Shown here piece after piece: positions 40,874-49,451 of a stretch of 64,000 bases of DNA; the stretch's first letter is position 1, and each line of letters starts with the position of its first letter. The notes beneath the pieces were generated by a model. It did not search any database and had not been told where the DNA came from. It saw only the letters and a program-made list of their open reading frames with translations. The DNA is from Obrimoposthia wandeli (lineage: Eukaryota). The stretch covers positions 124,001 to 188,000 of the forward strand of contig CDROCS010001089.1 in the NCBI GenBank assembly GCA_977020255.1. The letters are read 5' to 3'. The translations under genes and the position numbers were made by a program.

Positions 40874-41866
40874 TTGAATATGCACGATGAACTAATCGTC
40901 ATTGATGGATTGCAGTATTCCAACTGGAACCGCGAAATATTTGAACAGCTAAAAATAGGCGGCGTGACCATGGTACACGCCACTATTGTCTATCATGAAC
41001 AGATACGCGAAACATTACTACGCATCAGTGAATGGAACGTATTGTTCGAGCAAAATCATGACTTAATTATGCCCGTTAAATCCGCGGCTGATATACGCCT
41101 TGCCAAGCAACTGGGTAAAGTCGGTATTATGTTCGGTGCGCAAAATTGCTCACCGATCGAAGATGATATCGGCATGATTGAGGTCATGCGTGAGCTTAAC
41201 CTGATGATTATGCAGCTAACTTATAACAACCAAAGCTTACTTGCTTGTGGTTGTTATGAAGCGCATGACAGCGGCGTAACGCGCTTTGGTAGGCAAGCGA
41301 TACTTGAGATGAACCGTGTGGGTATGATTATCGATATGAGCCACTCAGGTGAACAAAGTACCTTAGATGCGATTGAAATATCACAGCGTCCGATTGTTAT
41401 TTCCCATGCTAATCCAAATGCATTTCATCTCGCCAAACGCAATAAATCCAGTAAAGTACTCAGCGCTTTAGCTGAATCTAAAGGTTTACTAGGTTTTAGT
41501 TTATATCCTTTTCATTTGAAAAACGGCCCTGACTGCACCTTGCCAGAGTTTTGTGAAATGATCGCGCAAACTGCAGATTTAATGGGTGTTGATCGCTTAG
41601 GTATAGGCACTGACCTATGCCAAAACCAGCCACTTTCCATTCTTGAATGGATGCGTAACGGCCGCTGGTCAAAGCAAATGGATTATGGAGAAGGTAATAA
41701 GAGCAACGCAGATTGGCCACGTCCGTTATCTTGGTTTAAAGATAGCAGAGACTTTCCAAATCTAACCCAAGGGTTAAAAGATCAAGGCTTTAATAACACT
41801 GAGATCGCTAAAATAATGGGCCAAAATTGGCTAAACTTTTTCGAACACAGCTTAACGCCTGGCTAA
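40874..41866 (+). CDS. Membrane/renal dipeptidase (M19) fold protein with atypical metal ligands (likely start ATG 40880)
   Basis: LTYNNQ, GVTRFGR..EMNRVG..DMSH, ISHAN and GIGTD are present. The usual DGHND motif reads DGLQY. Confidence 0.8.
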   Translation: MNMHDELIVIDGLQYSNWNREIFEQLKIGGVTMVHATIVYHEQIRETLLRISEWNVLFEQNHDLIMPVKSAADIRLAKQLGKVGIMFGAQNCSPIEDDIGMIEVMRELNLMIMQLTYNNQSLLACGCYEAHDSGVTRFGRQAILEMNRVGMIIDMSHSGEQSTLDAIEISQRPIVISHANPNAFHLAKRNKSSKVLSALAESKGLLGFSLYPFHLKNGPDCTLPEFCEMIAQTADLMGVDRLGIGTDLCQNQPLSILEWMRNGRWSKQMDYGEGNKSNADWPRPLSWFKDSRDFPNLTQGLKDQGFNNTEIAKIMGQNWLNFFEHSLTPG

Positions 41867-41952
41867 GTTTGTAAAATACAATATGCATGTCGTTTCTGAT
41901 CAGGTTATAAACAACGAATTAGGTTATAAATTTAACCTGGGATAACAAAAGA

Positions 41953-42154
41953 GGCGACTTTATTCTAGCTATTCCACCACAGGTAATGTGGCGGCAGTAA
42001 TAGAGCTGATCATGCAAAAAAGTTATTTACTAAACTGGAATCTATGGAGGGAATTCGTTTACCCGGTAGCAGATGTCACAACTTGCGTCAGGATTTAGGC
42101 CCAAGAGCTGTGAACAGTGCTTTGATTGAAAAATTAACTGGTATGTCTGAATGA
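41953..42154 (+). pseudogene. 3' remnant of an Ldh_2-family (DpkA/ComC-like) oxidoreductase
   Basis: Manual translation: GDFILAIPP [frameshift] SNRADHAKKLFTKLESMEGIRLPGSRCHNLRQDLGPRAVNSALIEKLTGMSE*. There is no start and the 5' part is missing. Confidence 0.6.
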
Positions 42155-42334
42155 TTAGCCCTCATCAAGGCACTACCCCTAATATGACACAACAACTTTA
42201 ACTAGAGACTTAACGCAAGTAATCATTGTAATTGACCTTTTAGCAACATAAACACAGTAACGTAACTATAGCTACTGTTTCACTAAGAGTTAATTACGAT
42301 TTAAAGTCATTATAAAAATAAATAGAGGTACACC

Positions 42335-44176
42335 ATGGCACAATCACAAACACCGCCACCGTTTACAGATATCGATGTAAAAACCGAAGAAAGTGGTTTT
42401 TACAAGGGGTATAGTTTACCTATTGCGATGATCAGTAAAAGTGCGATTGCATTGCTCGTCTTATGGGCGCTGGTTTTTCCTGATGATGCAGGAACAGCCC
42501 TTTCAACCTTAAATGGCACCATCCTTAATACCTTCAACGCTTTTTATATTCTTGCAGTTGGCTTTTTTGCATTCTTTTGCTTTGCCGTCGCAATCGTTCC
42601 TAGTTGGGGCAAGCGTATCTTAGGCAAACCAGGTCAAAAACCGGAGTTTTCAAACTTCTCTTGGTTTTCGATGATGTTTGGTGCGGGTTTAGGTGTAGGC
42701 CTGATGGTTTACTCTACCGCTGAACCTATTGGTTTGTGGGGATCTAACCCTGATATATTAGCAGGTCTTGCACAGGGAAATACAGCCGCCGCAGTTGAAT
42801 CTGGTATGCGTTATACCTTCTTACACTACGGTTTTCATGCATGGGCTATCTATGTAGTAACTGGCTTAACATTAGCTTATTACGCTTACACTCGCGATAT
42901 GCCACTGACTATTCGCTCTGCGTTAACGCCTTTACTAGGTAAGCTAATGAATGGCCCTCTTGGGCACTTAGTCGATATCTTAGGGGTATTAGCCACGATA
43001 TTGGGAGTATCCGTAACGATCGGTTTTGGTATCAGCCAAATGGTTGATGGTATTTACGCGATTACCGGTATTGAATGGATAATGAAAGACATCGCCACAA
43101 AACCGACCCCGAGTACAGTTGGCTTAATTGCTGCTCTTGTTACTATCATGAGTATGTCTATTATTTCTGCTGTTTCTGGTGTTGGCCGTGGTGTTAAATA
43201 CCTGTCGAACATAAACTTAGTACTGTCGTTAATTTTACTATTAACCTTTATTATTTTTGGCTCATTCAGTTTTGCTTTGACCACTTATGGCACGGCTCTA
43301 GTTGATTATCTAATGAACTTCGTATCGATGTCTTTTACACCGCATTTTCCAATGGGTTATGAAAGCTTTGTAGCGGCTTTACCAGAAGCTGCACGCACAT
43401 TGCCTGAAGCAGATATTCAAGCGCTGCACAGCACTGGACCTTGGGGTGGCTTTGAAGGCTTTAAATCGGGCTTGCCCGCTGCATTACAAAGCACTGCTGA
43501 TTTTGATGCGACCGCGACTAGCCTCTGGCAGTTAACAGAAGCGGGTAGACAGTTCTCATGGCAGTCAGCATGGACAACTTTCTACTGGGCTTGGTGGATC
43601 GCGTTCTCTCCTTTCGTTGGTTTATTCTTAGCACGTATCTCTAAAGGACGTTCAATTCGTGAATTTGTACTAGGCGCAGTTATTGCTCCTGCTTTAGTGT
43701 GTTTCGCTTGGATGACAATTCTGGGTGGTACCGCAATGGATATGGAACTTTCTGGCGCCGCTGAAGGTGCAATTATCGGAGCATCCGCTTCTGCTAAATT
43801 GTTTACGACTTTAGGTTTAATTATCGACGGTGGGTTTTTACAAGCTATCACTATCATGTCGGTGGTACTCGTTATTACTTTCTTAGTAACCTCTGCTGAC
43901 TCAGGCATCTTAGTGATGAACACTATTATGTCAGGTGGTGCTGAGGAAACCGGCAATTTACACCGTGTAATCTGGGGAATTTTACTGACGTTAGTCATAG
44001 GCACATTATTAATTGCTGGCGGCGGCGGAATGGGCGCCCTGAAAAACGCGATGATTATAGCGGCGCTTCCTTTCGCAGTGATCATGTGCTTAATGTGTGT
44101 GGCACTATTAAAAGCATTAGTCAGAGATTCAATGCGCGAATCGGCAACATCATCTGAAGCAGCTGTACAGCAATAA
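42335..44176 (+). CDS. BCCT-family transporter
   Basis: SWFSMMFGAGLGVG, HYGFHAWAIY, WTTFYWAWWIAFSPFVGLFLARISKGR and FLVTSADSG. Confidence 0.95.
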   Translation: MAQSQTPPPFTDIDVKTEESGFYKGYSLPIAMISKSAIALLVLWALVFPDDAGTALSTLNGTILNTFNAFYILAVGFFAFFCFAVAIVPSWGKRILGKPGQKPEFSNFSWFSMMFGAGLGVGLMVYSTAEPIGLWGSNPDILAGLAQGNTAAAVESGMRYTFLHYGFHAWAIYVVTGLTLAYYAYTRDMPLTIRSALTPLLGKLMNGPLGHLVDILGVLATILGVSVTIGFGISQMVDGIYAITGIEWIMKDIATKPTPSTVGLIAALVTIMSMSIISAVSGVGRGVKYLSNINLVLSLILLLTFIIFGSFSFALTTYGTALVDYLMNFVSMSFTPHFPMGYESFVAALPEAARTLPEADIQALHSTGPWGGFEGFKSGLPAALQSTADFDATATSLWQLTEAGRQFSWQSAWTTFYWAWWIAFSPFVGLFLARISKGRSIREFVLGAVIAPALVCFAWMTILGGTAMDMELSGAAEGAIIGASASAKLFTTLGLIIDGGFLQAITIMSVVLVITFLVTSADSGILVMNTIMSGGAEETGNLHRVIWGILLTLVIGTLLIAGGGGMGALKNAMIIAALPFAVIMCLMCVALLKALVRDSMRESATSSEAAVQQ

Positions 44177-44188
44177 AGTTAGAAGAAT

Positions 44189-44220
44189 AGATTTGCTGCT
44201 AGGTTACTAGCAGCAAATCT
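44189..44220. terminator. Hairpin between the convergent BCCT and sensor kinase genes
   Basis: Perfect 14-bp IR AGATTTGCTGCTAG-GTTA-CTAGCAGCAAATCT. Confidence 0.7.
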
Positions 44221-44240
44221 AACCTGCGGTTAAAAGCAGC

Positions 44241-45596
44241 CTAAAGCGGCAGCTTAATACACACACAAGTTCCCTCGCCTAATTCACTGCTAATTTCTAG
44301 CTGACCACGATGCGCTGTGACTATTAATTTACAAAGATATAAACCTATACCAAACCCTCCTGTATCACGAGTGCGCGAAGGGTCAGCTCGATAAAACGGC
44401 TCTGTAACATGCAACAAGTCTTCACTGGCAATACCAGGCCCATGATCGCGGATTTTAATTTCAATATTTGTTGCGTCAATTGCCAGCTCGACACTCGGTG
44501 CTACTGCCCCATGGGCTCCGTGGCAAATGGCATTGGCGATAGTATTGCGCATTAACAAGCGCATGCGTTTTTCATCTAACTCAAACAGTGTGTCTAAAGT
44601 CTGCGCTTGTGCGCTGTTAAATTGCACGTTGTTCGCCGGTAACTCAGTAATAACACTTTCAATCAGTTCTATTAAATTGATCGGTGTGCGGTGTAACACA
44701 GCATGTGGAGTATTCATGCGCTCAGTTTCTAAAATTTCTGTAATTAAAGTTTCCATCTCCATAATATCTTCTTGCAAGCGCACTTTGTTAGTAGACTCTT
44801 CAAGCATTTGGCTGGCAATTTTCGCTCTGGTTAAAGGCGAGCGTAACTCATGGCTTACCGCTAACAGTAACTGACGTTTGGCATCTAACATTTGTGCAAT
44901 ATCAGTCGCCATTTGATTGATATTGGCTGAAAGCTCACCCAAATCATTATCACTGCGAATAGGTACACGATAATCCAACTCGCCTTTTCCCATATGCTGC
45001 ACACCGATTTTAATATCTTGTACGGGTTTCAACATGCGTCGCAATTGCCAGAAACTGAGAATAAAGATCAGCAATAAACACAGTAAAGACCAGTTGCGGA
45101 TTTTGTTAGTTTGCTCCTGTTTCCCCTTGTGAGATATCTCGAAGAAAACTTCATAGCTATCAAATTGATTACGCATAACCACCCGATCATCATCTTCTGC
45201 AAACGTCAGATTTTGGTCTTCTTTATCAAATTCAGCCAAGGCTTTTTTAGCTAACTTGCGCCAGTTTCGCTCTCTATCATGAAAAGTCATGCCGGTTAAA
45301 TCTATCGCCTTGCCCGATGAAGAGTAGCTAACGCCTTCCCCTTCAATATAAATATTCATTTGTAACGTTTGTGCTAAGTACTGCGCTCTTTCAACATTGG
45401 GAGGATTGCCAATATCCTGATTAATGTAATCCAAATACTGCACGAAATGGGGCATGACATTATCTTTCCACTGGCTGGAAAATCCATGAACAACAATGGT
45501 AATAATCAGACTAACGATCGCAAAACCGGCGATACTAAAGACCAGCATTAAGCGTACAGCTAAGGATTTTTTAAATAACTGAAGGATTTTTTTCAT
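44241..45596 (-). CDS. HAMP sensor histidine kinase (CpxA/BaeS-like)
   Basis: Two TM segments, a HAMP domain, VSHELRSPL, DHGPGI and GGFGIGL. Confidence 0.9.
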   Translation of the reverse strand: MKKILQLFKKSLAVRLMLVFSIAGFAIVSLIITIVVHGFSSQWKDNVMPHFVQYLDYINQDIGNPPNVERAQYLAQTLQMNIYIEGEGVSYSSSGKAIDLTGMTFHDRERNWRKLAKKALAEFDKEDQNLTFAEDDDRVVMRNQFDSYEVFFEISHKGKQEQTNKIRNWSLLCLLLIFILSFWQLRRMLKPVQDIKIGVQHMGKGELDYRVPIRSDNDLGELSANINQMATDIAQMLDAKRQLLLAVSHELRSPLTRAKIASQMLEESTNKVRLQEDIMEMETLITEILETERMNTPHAVLHRTPINLIELIESVITELPANNVQFNSAQAQTLDTLFELDEKRMRLLMRNTIANAICHGAHGAVAPSVELAIDATNIEIKIRDHGPGIASEDLLHVTEPFYRADPSRTRDTGGFGIGLYLCKLIVTAHRGQLEISSELGEGTCVCIKLPL

Positions 45597-45637
45597 TACA
45601 AATTACCAATTTTGCAGAATTTACGTATTTGCGGCAA

Positions 45638-46312
45638 CTATTTATTGGCAGCGACGAAGGCATAGCCTGAACCATACACGGTTTTGATAGGCTTGGCCGG
45701 TTTCAGTTTAGTACGCAGGCGACTCACTAGAATATCAACCGAACGGCTAAACAGCTCTGTATCTATCCCTTTGAGTTGATTGAGGATATCATCTCTGGAA
45801 AAATCTTTACCGGGGTTATTGGCGAGTAATAAGAGCAGCTGGTATTCCATAGTAGTTAAATCAACCACATTTCCAGCCACTGTCACTTCTCGCTGTGCTG
45901 GGTTGATCGATAGCTGCTCAAAATCTAACGTTACTGGTGATGTAAGGCTCGGTGATTTTCGTTTCATAATACTATTTAACCTAGCGACCAGTTCACGCGG
46001 GTCAAAAGGTTTAGGTAAATAATCGTCGGCGCCAATTTCTAAGCCCACCACACGATCAGTGATTTCGCCTCTGGCAGTTAACATGATCACCGGAATTTCA
46101 CTAAATTGGCGAATCTTTCTACAAACTTCAAAACCATCCATTTCAGGTAACATGACATCTAGTATAACAGCTTCGAAAGCTTCACTTTTTAACTTTTGCA
46201 GCCCTAGTGATGGCAATTCAACGGCACTGATATCAATGTTATAACGCTCGCAATACTCTTTGAGTAACGGTGCTAACTTTTTGTCATCATCTATCAGTAG
46301 TACATTATGCAT
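45638..46312 (-). CDS. OmpR-family response regulator (CpxR-like)
   Basis: LDVMLP, MLTARG, GADDYLPKPF and a winged HTH (RSVDILVSRLR, KTVYGSGY). Confidence 0.92.
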   Translation of the reverse strand: MHNVLLIDDDKKLAPLLKEYCERYNIDISAVELPSLGLQKLKSEAFEAVILDVMLPEMDGFEVCRKIRQFSEIPVIMLTARGEITDRVVGLEIGADDYLPKPFDPRELVARLNSIMKRKSPSLTSPVTLDFEQLSINPAQREVTVAGNVVDLTTMEYQLLLLLANNPGKDFSRDDILNQLKGIDTELFSRSVDILVSRLRTKLKPAKPIKTVYGSGYAFVAANK

Positions 46313-46349
46313 AGGTTTATCCTAAGGAGCTGTTTTCAAACAGCATAAC

Positions 46350-46820
46350 CTATCCAATTGACAATCGAAAAGGCCTTTGCTGTAAAGATTTTATCTTGTC
46401 TTGCTGATAACTACTCAAAGCCATAAACCAAACGCCTAGCGCATTTAAGGTTTTTATCAATGCCGGGCGCTGGTGATTACCCGCTTTATCAAAATCGCTG
46501 ATTAGCCCTTCTCCAGCCATTATATCGCCTTGCAAGACACTCAATAGCATCGGCTCATCTAACTCTTTCGCACTATTGTCATCTAACATCTGCGCTAACA
46601 CTTTTGCTTGCTGTTGCAAGCACAAGTGCTGTTTGTGGCTGAGGCCTATTTTATTGCCAAGCCCATTGACTATGCTCACGAATCCATCCGCAGGTAAATC
46701 CTTTTGGAAAAAATTAGAGCACTGTGCGATCAAAACACTGAACAAACCTTGTTGATCAGTACTATGTAGTTGCCCGTTCATGACTTGGCCTCTTGCTGCC
46801 CTTACTGCTTTATTACTCAA
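46350..46820 (-). CDS. Hypothetical helical protein, possibly a divergent Spy/CpxP-like paralog
   Basis: KIGLSHKQ and MALSSYQQDKI align by eye with KLDLTDSQ and DGLDTAQKAEV of the upstream protein. Confidence 0.4.
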   Translation of the reverse strand: MSNKAVRAARGQVMNGQLHSTDQQGLFSVLIAQCSNFFQKDLPADGFVSIVNGLGNKIGLSHKQHLCLQQQAKVLAQMLDDNSAKELDEPMLLSVLQGDIMAGEGLISDFDKAGNHQRPALIKTLNALGVWFMALSSYQQDKIKSLQQRPFRLSIG

Positions 46821-46947
46821 CCCAACTGCGCCTTTTACTTTCTAGTTAATAATAGAGAAGCCAGTAAGAGTCGGCAATTTAACTTAAGTTCATCAGCTTT
46901 TAGCTAAATAATGAGGAGGTTATCCGAGAATAGGCTGATCGGCTGCT

Positions 46948-46978
46948 AACCAAGCTATTTGGCTCAAATAGCTTGGTT
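46948..46978. terminator. Perfect 14-bp hairpin downstream of the Spy-like gene
   Basis: AACCAAGCTATTTG-GCT-CAAATAGCTTGGTT. Confidence 0.55.
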
Positions 46979-47032
46979 CTCGATACAATCGCAATACTCT
47001 ATTAGCCTCCTAGCACTGGTTAAGTGCGGCTA

Positions 47033-47485
47033 TTAATGTTTCCAACTACGACCACCGTGCTGTTGTTTTTTCTCTAAAAATTCCAAAACTTCAGCCTTTT
47101 GCGCAGTGTCGAGCCCATCGAGAAAACTGGCAAAAGCGGCCACTACCTCGGGCGCTGCTTTATTTATAAGTGCTGTTCTATCGGTAATAATCGCTAGCGC
47201 TTGCTGTTGATCTAACTTATCGGCACTAAGCAATGCTGTTATCTCTTGAACCATCGGCTTGTCTTGTGGCTTTAAGTTCTTTTTTAGCGCCATTAGTTTG
47301 CCACTAAGCGCGGTTAGTTCTACTTGTTGGCTATCGGTTAAATCTAACTTACTACTGATGTAGCTCGTCATAAACTCTGCATGCGCTTCGCTGTAACCTT
47401 TGTTATAAGTGGCGTATGCGGTAGCGCCAGTTACCATGCTGATACTGATGACGACTGCACTGATAATTTTAGTTGAACGTTTCAT
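47033..47485 (-). CDS. Spy/CpxP-family (LTXXQ) periplasmic chaperone
   Basis: Signal peptide, LDLTDSQ and LDTAQK LTXXQ-type motifs; upstream of a CpxRA-like pair. Confidence 0.7.
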   Translation of the reverse strand: MKRSTKIISAVVISISMVTGATAYATYNKGYSEAHAEFMTSYISSKLDLTDSQQVELTALSGKLMALKKNLKPQDKPMVQEITALLSADKLDQQQALAIITDRTALINKAAPEVVAAFASFLDGLDTAQKAEVLEFLEKKQQHGGRSWKH

Positions 47486-47598
47486 ATGATCTCTCCTGTT
47501 ACATGACTGAGAAACTCACTCTTTTTTAATGGGCTTCTCTTTAAGTAGGAGTAGTATCTAAGAATATCGCATCAAACTCTTTGCACTAACGCATCAGC

Positions 47599-47615
47599 TT
47601 GTAACAAGTTGTAAC
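47599..47615 (-). promoter_or_regulatory. Tandem direct repeat, candidate OmpR-family binding site
   Basis: GTTACAA-CTT-GTTACAA (10-bp period), about 115 bp upstream of the Spy-like gene. Confidence 0.4.
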
Positions 47616-47775
47616 TTTTACTGTGAAATATAACAATACTGCTACATTAGCGGACAAACCGAGGAGCAATTATTTTATAGTTGCTATGAAAGTAGCGTGG
47701 ATACTGAGATCCACGCCTATTTAACTAGAAAAAAGATATATGAAAAATATTTCAGCTTTTAGCTTGTTTATAACT

Positions 47776-48675
47776 TCAACTCCCCTGCTTCACAAACCGT
47801 GTTAACTTCAAACCCCAGCCTAAATTCAATCCCGTTACACTTAACAAAATAACGATAACACCCAACCATTGATAGCTGGTTAAGCTTTGATCATACATCA
47901 CATAATCAACTAAAATAGCCACAGCAGGATATAAGAAAGCCAGTATCGCAATAATAGTAATAGGTAATTTTTGATACGCCGAATACATCAAAATATACAT
48001 AATACAAGTGTGCACAACGCCCAAGATAATTAGATAGCTCCAATTTAGCGCAGCCGTTGGAAGCGCGCCAAAATCGGCTAGTGGCATTAGCACAATAATA
48101 CCGATAAAAGTATTTACCAGCGCGATTACCTCAGGCCTTATATTAGTTAACTTCCTCGTTAGGAGCGTATTAATGGCATACAACACCGCTGCGCCTAAGG
48201 CCATGGCAAAACCAAGAATTTGCTGATTACCCGTAAAATCACTCAAGCCAATTTCCACAATCAGCAGTAAACCAATAAAGGCACTGACAAACCAGGGAAG
48301 TTTACCCAACGCTATCTTCTCACCAAATACGATACTGCCTGCTAAAATAAGAAAAAAGGGCTGCGTGTTATACACAACGGTTGCCAGCGAAATTGAAGCG
48401 TAACGATAAGCACTAAACAGTAGCACCCAGTTCAACACTAAAGCAATTGCCGCACATAAGGCAATGACTGTGGCTTTTCCTCTTAATGGCCATGGGCTTA
48501 AAAAGCCGCGCCACCAGCAATATAACCCTAAACTAATGGCGCCAAACAAGCAGCGAAAGAAAATCACATTCCACACTGACTGCTCAGATTCAATAACAAA
48601 AAAACCGATAAACCCTGAGAGAATCATCGCGGTACTCATCTCCAAAGTACCTACTTGTTTTGCGGTTAACTGCAT
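47776..48675 (-). CDS. EamA/DMT family transporter
   Basis: Ten hydrophobic segments, YNTQPFF and YLYP/FLYPAVA-type repeats. Confidence 0.88.
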   Translation of the reverse strand: MQLTAKQVGTLEMSTAMILSGFIGFFVIESEQSVWNVIFFRCLFGAISLGLYCWWRGFLSPWPLRGKATVIALCAAIALVLNWVLLFSAYRYASISLATVVYNTQPFFLILAGSIVFGEKIALGKLPWFVSAFIGLLLIVEIGLSDFTGNQQILGFAMALGAAVLYAINTLLTRKLTNIRPEVIALVNTFIGIIVLMPLADFGALPTAALNWSYLIILGVVHTCIMYILMYSAYQKLPITIIAILAFLYPAVAILVDYVMYDQSLTSYQWLGVIVILLSVTGLNLGWGLKLTRFVKQGS

Positions 48676-48833
48676 ACCTACCTCTTAATTATTTGACGCT
48701 TGAAAGCCTGAGCGCATAGCGAGTAATTCTTGCTGCTAATAGCATCAATTATCCCAGAAAAAACGTTAGAAGATATAACGTAAATTAGGCTACTATCAGT
48801 AACTGCCTTTTATAATATTGAGAAAATACCATT

Positions 48834-49292
48834 ATGCCTACGAATAGCCAGAACATTAAAATTGACGCTATCGACCGTAAAATAATTAAGGTTCTAAGTG
48901 ATAATGCCCGATTGCCAACCAGCACTATTGCCGCACAAATTGGCATGTCTGCACCTAGTGTTGCTGAGCGAATCAAACGCTTGGAGGAAAGCGGCGTGAT
49001 AAGTAAATTTACAGTGCAGCTCAATCACGAATTAATCGGTTATCCTTTTAGCGCGATTGTAAGAATAAAACCCTTGCCTGGAAAAATCCATATTTTACAA
49101 CAGCGTTTGATCGAAATGGATAACTGCTTAGAGTGCGACAAAGTCACCGGCGATGATTGCTTTATAGCACGCTTAGTTCTTAAATCAATCCCTCAGCTAG
49201 ATGAAGTGCTAGACAAGATTGTTGATATGGCAGAAACCAGCACAGCAATTATTAAGCTGTCACCAGTGAAGCGGCGTAATCCTCCTTTTTGA
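48834..49292 (+). CDS. Lrp/AsnC family regulator
   Basis: IDAIDRKII, SAPSVAERIKRLEESGVI and ECDKVTGDDCF. Confidence 0.92.
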   Translation: MPTNSQNIKIDAIDRKIIKVLSDNARLPTSTIAAQIGMSAPSVAERIKRLEESGVISKFTVQLNHELIGYPFSAIVRIKPLPGKIHILQQRLIEMDNCLECDKVTGDDCFIARLVLKSIPQLDEVLDKIVDMAETSTAIIKLSPVKRRNPPF

Positions 49293-49302
49293 GTTGTAAG
49301 GT

Positions 49303-49441
49303 CATTAGTGTCCGGTTTAATTTTTGTTGCTCTCTAACTCATTGATTTTACGTTCACGGCAAAAACACTTTAGCTAAAAAACACCTATTTATCCATGATA
49401 GAAAACCACAAATCAATGTTGTGGCTTTTTTTTATACAATG
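49303..49441. mobile_element. Degenerate copy of the MITE at 62684
   Basis: The first ~50 bp are identical to 62684 onward and similarity continues to AATCAATG at 49418. The right IR is mostly deleted and no TSD is visible. Confidence 0.75.
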
Positions 49442-49451
49442 CTGCTCACAT

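Noticed and set aside
42335-44176. DMSP catabolism (dddT/dddD-type) for the BCCT
   Set aside because: There is no dddD, dddP, dmdA or acuI-like gene in the window, and the neighbours point to another pathway.
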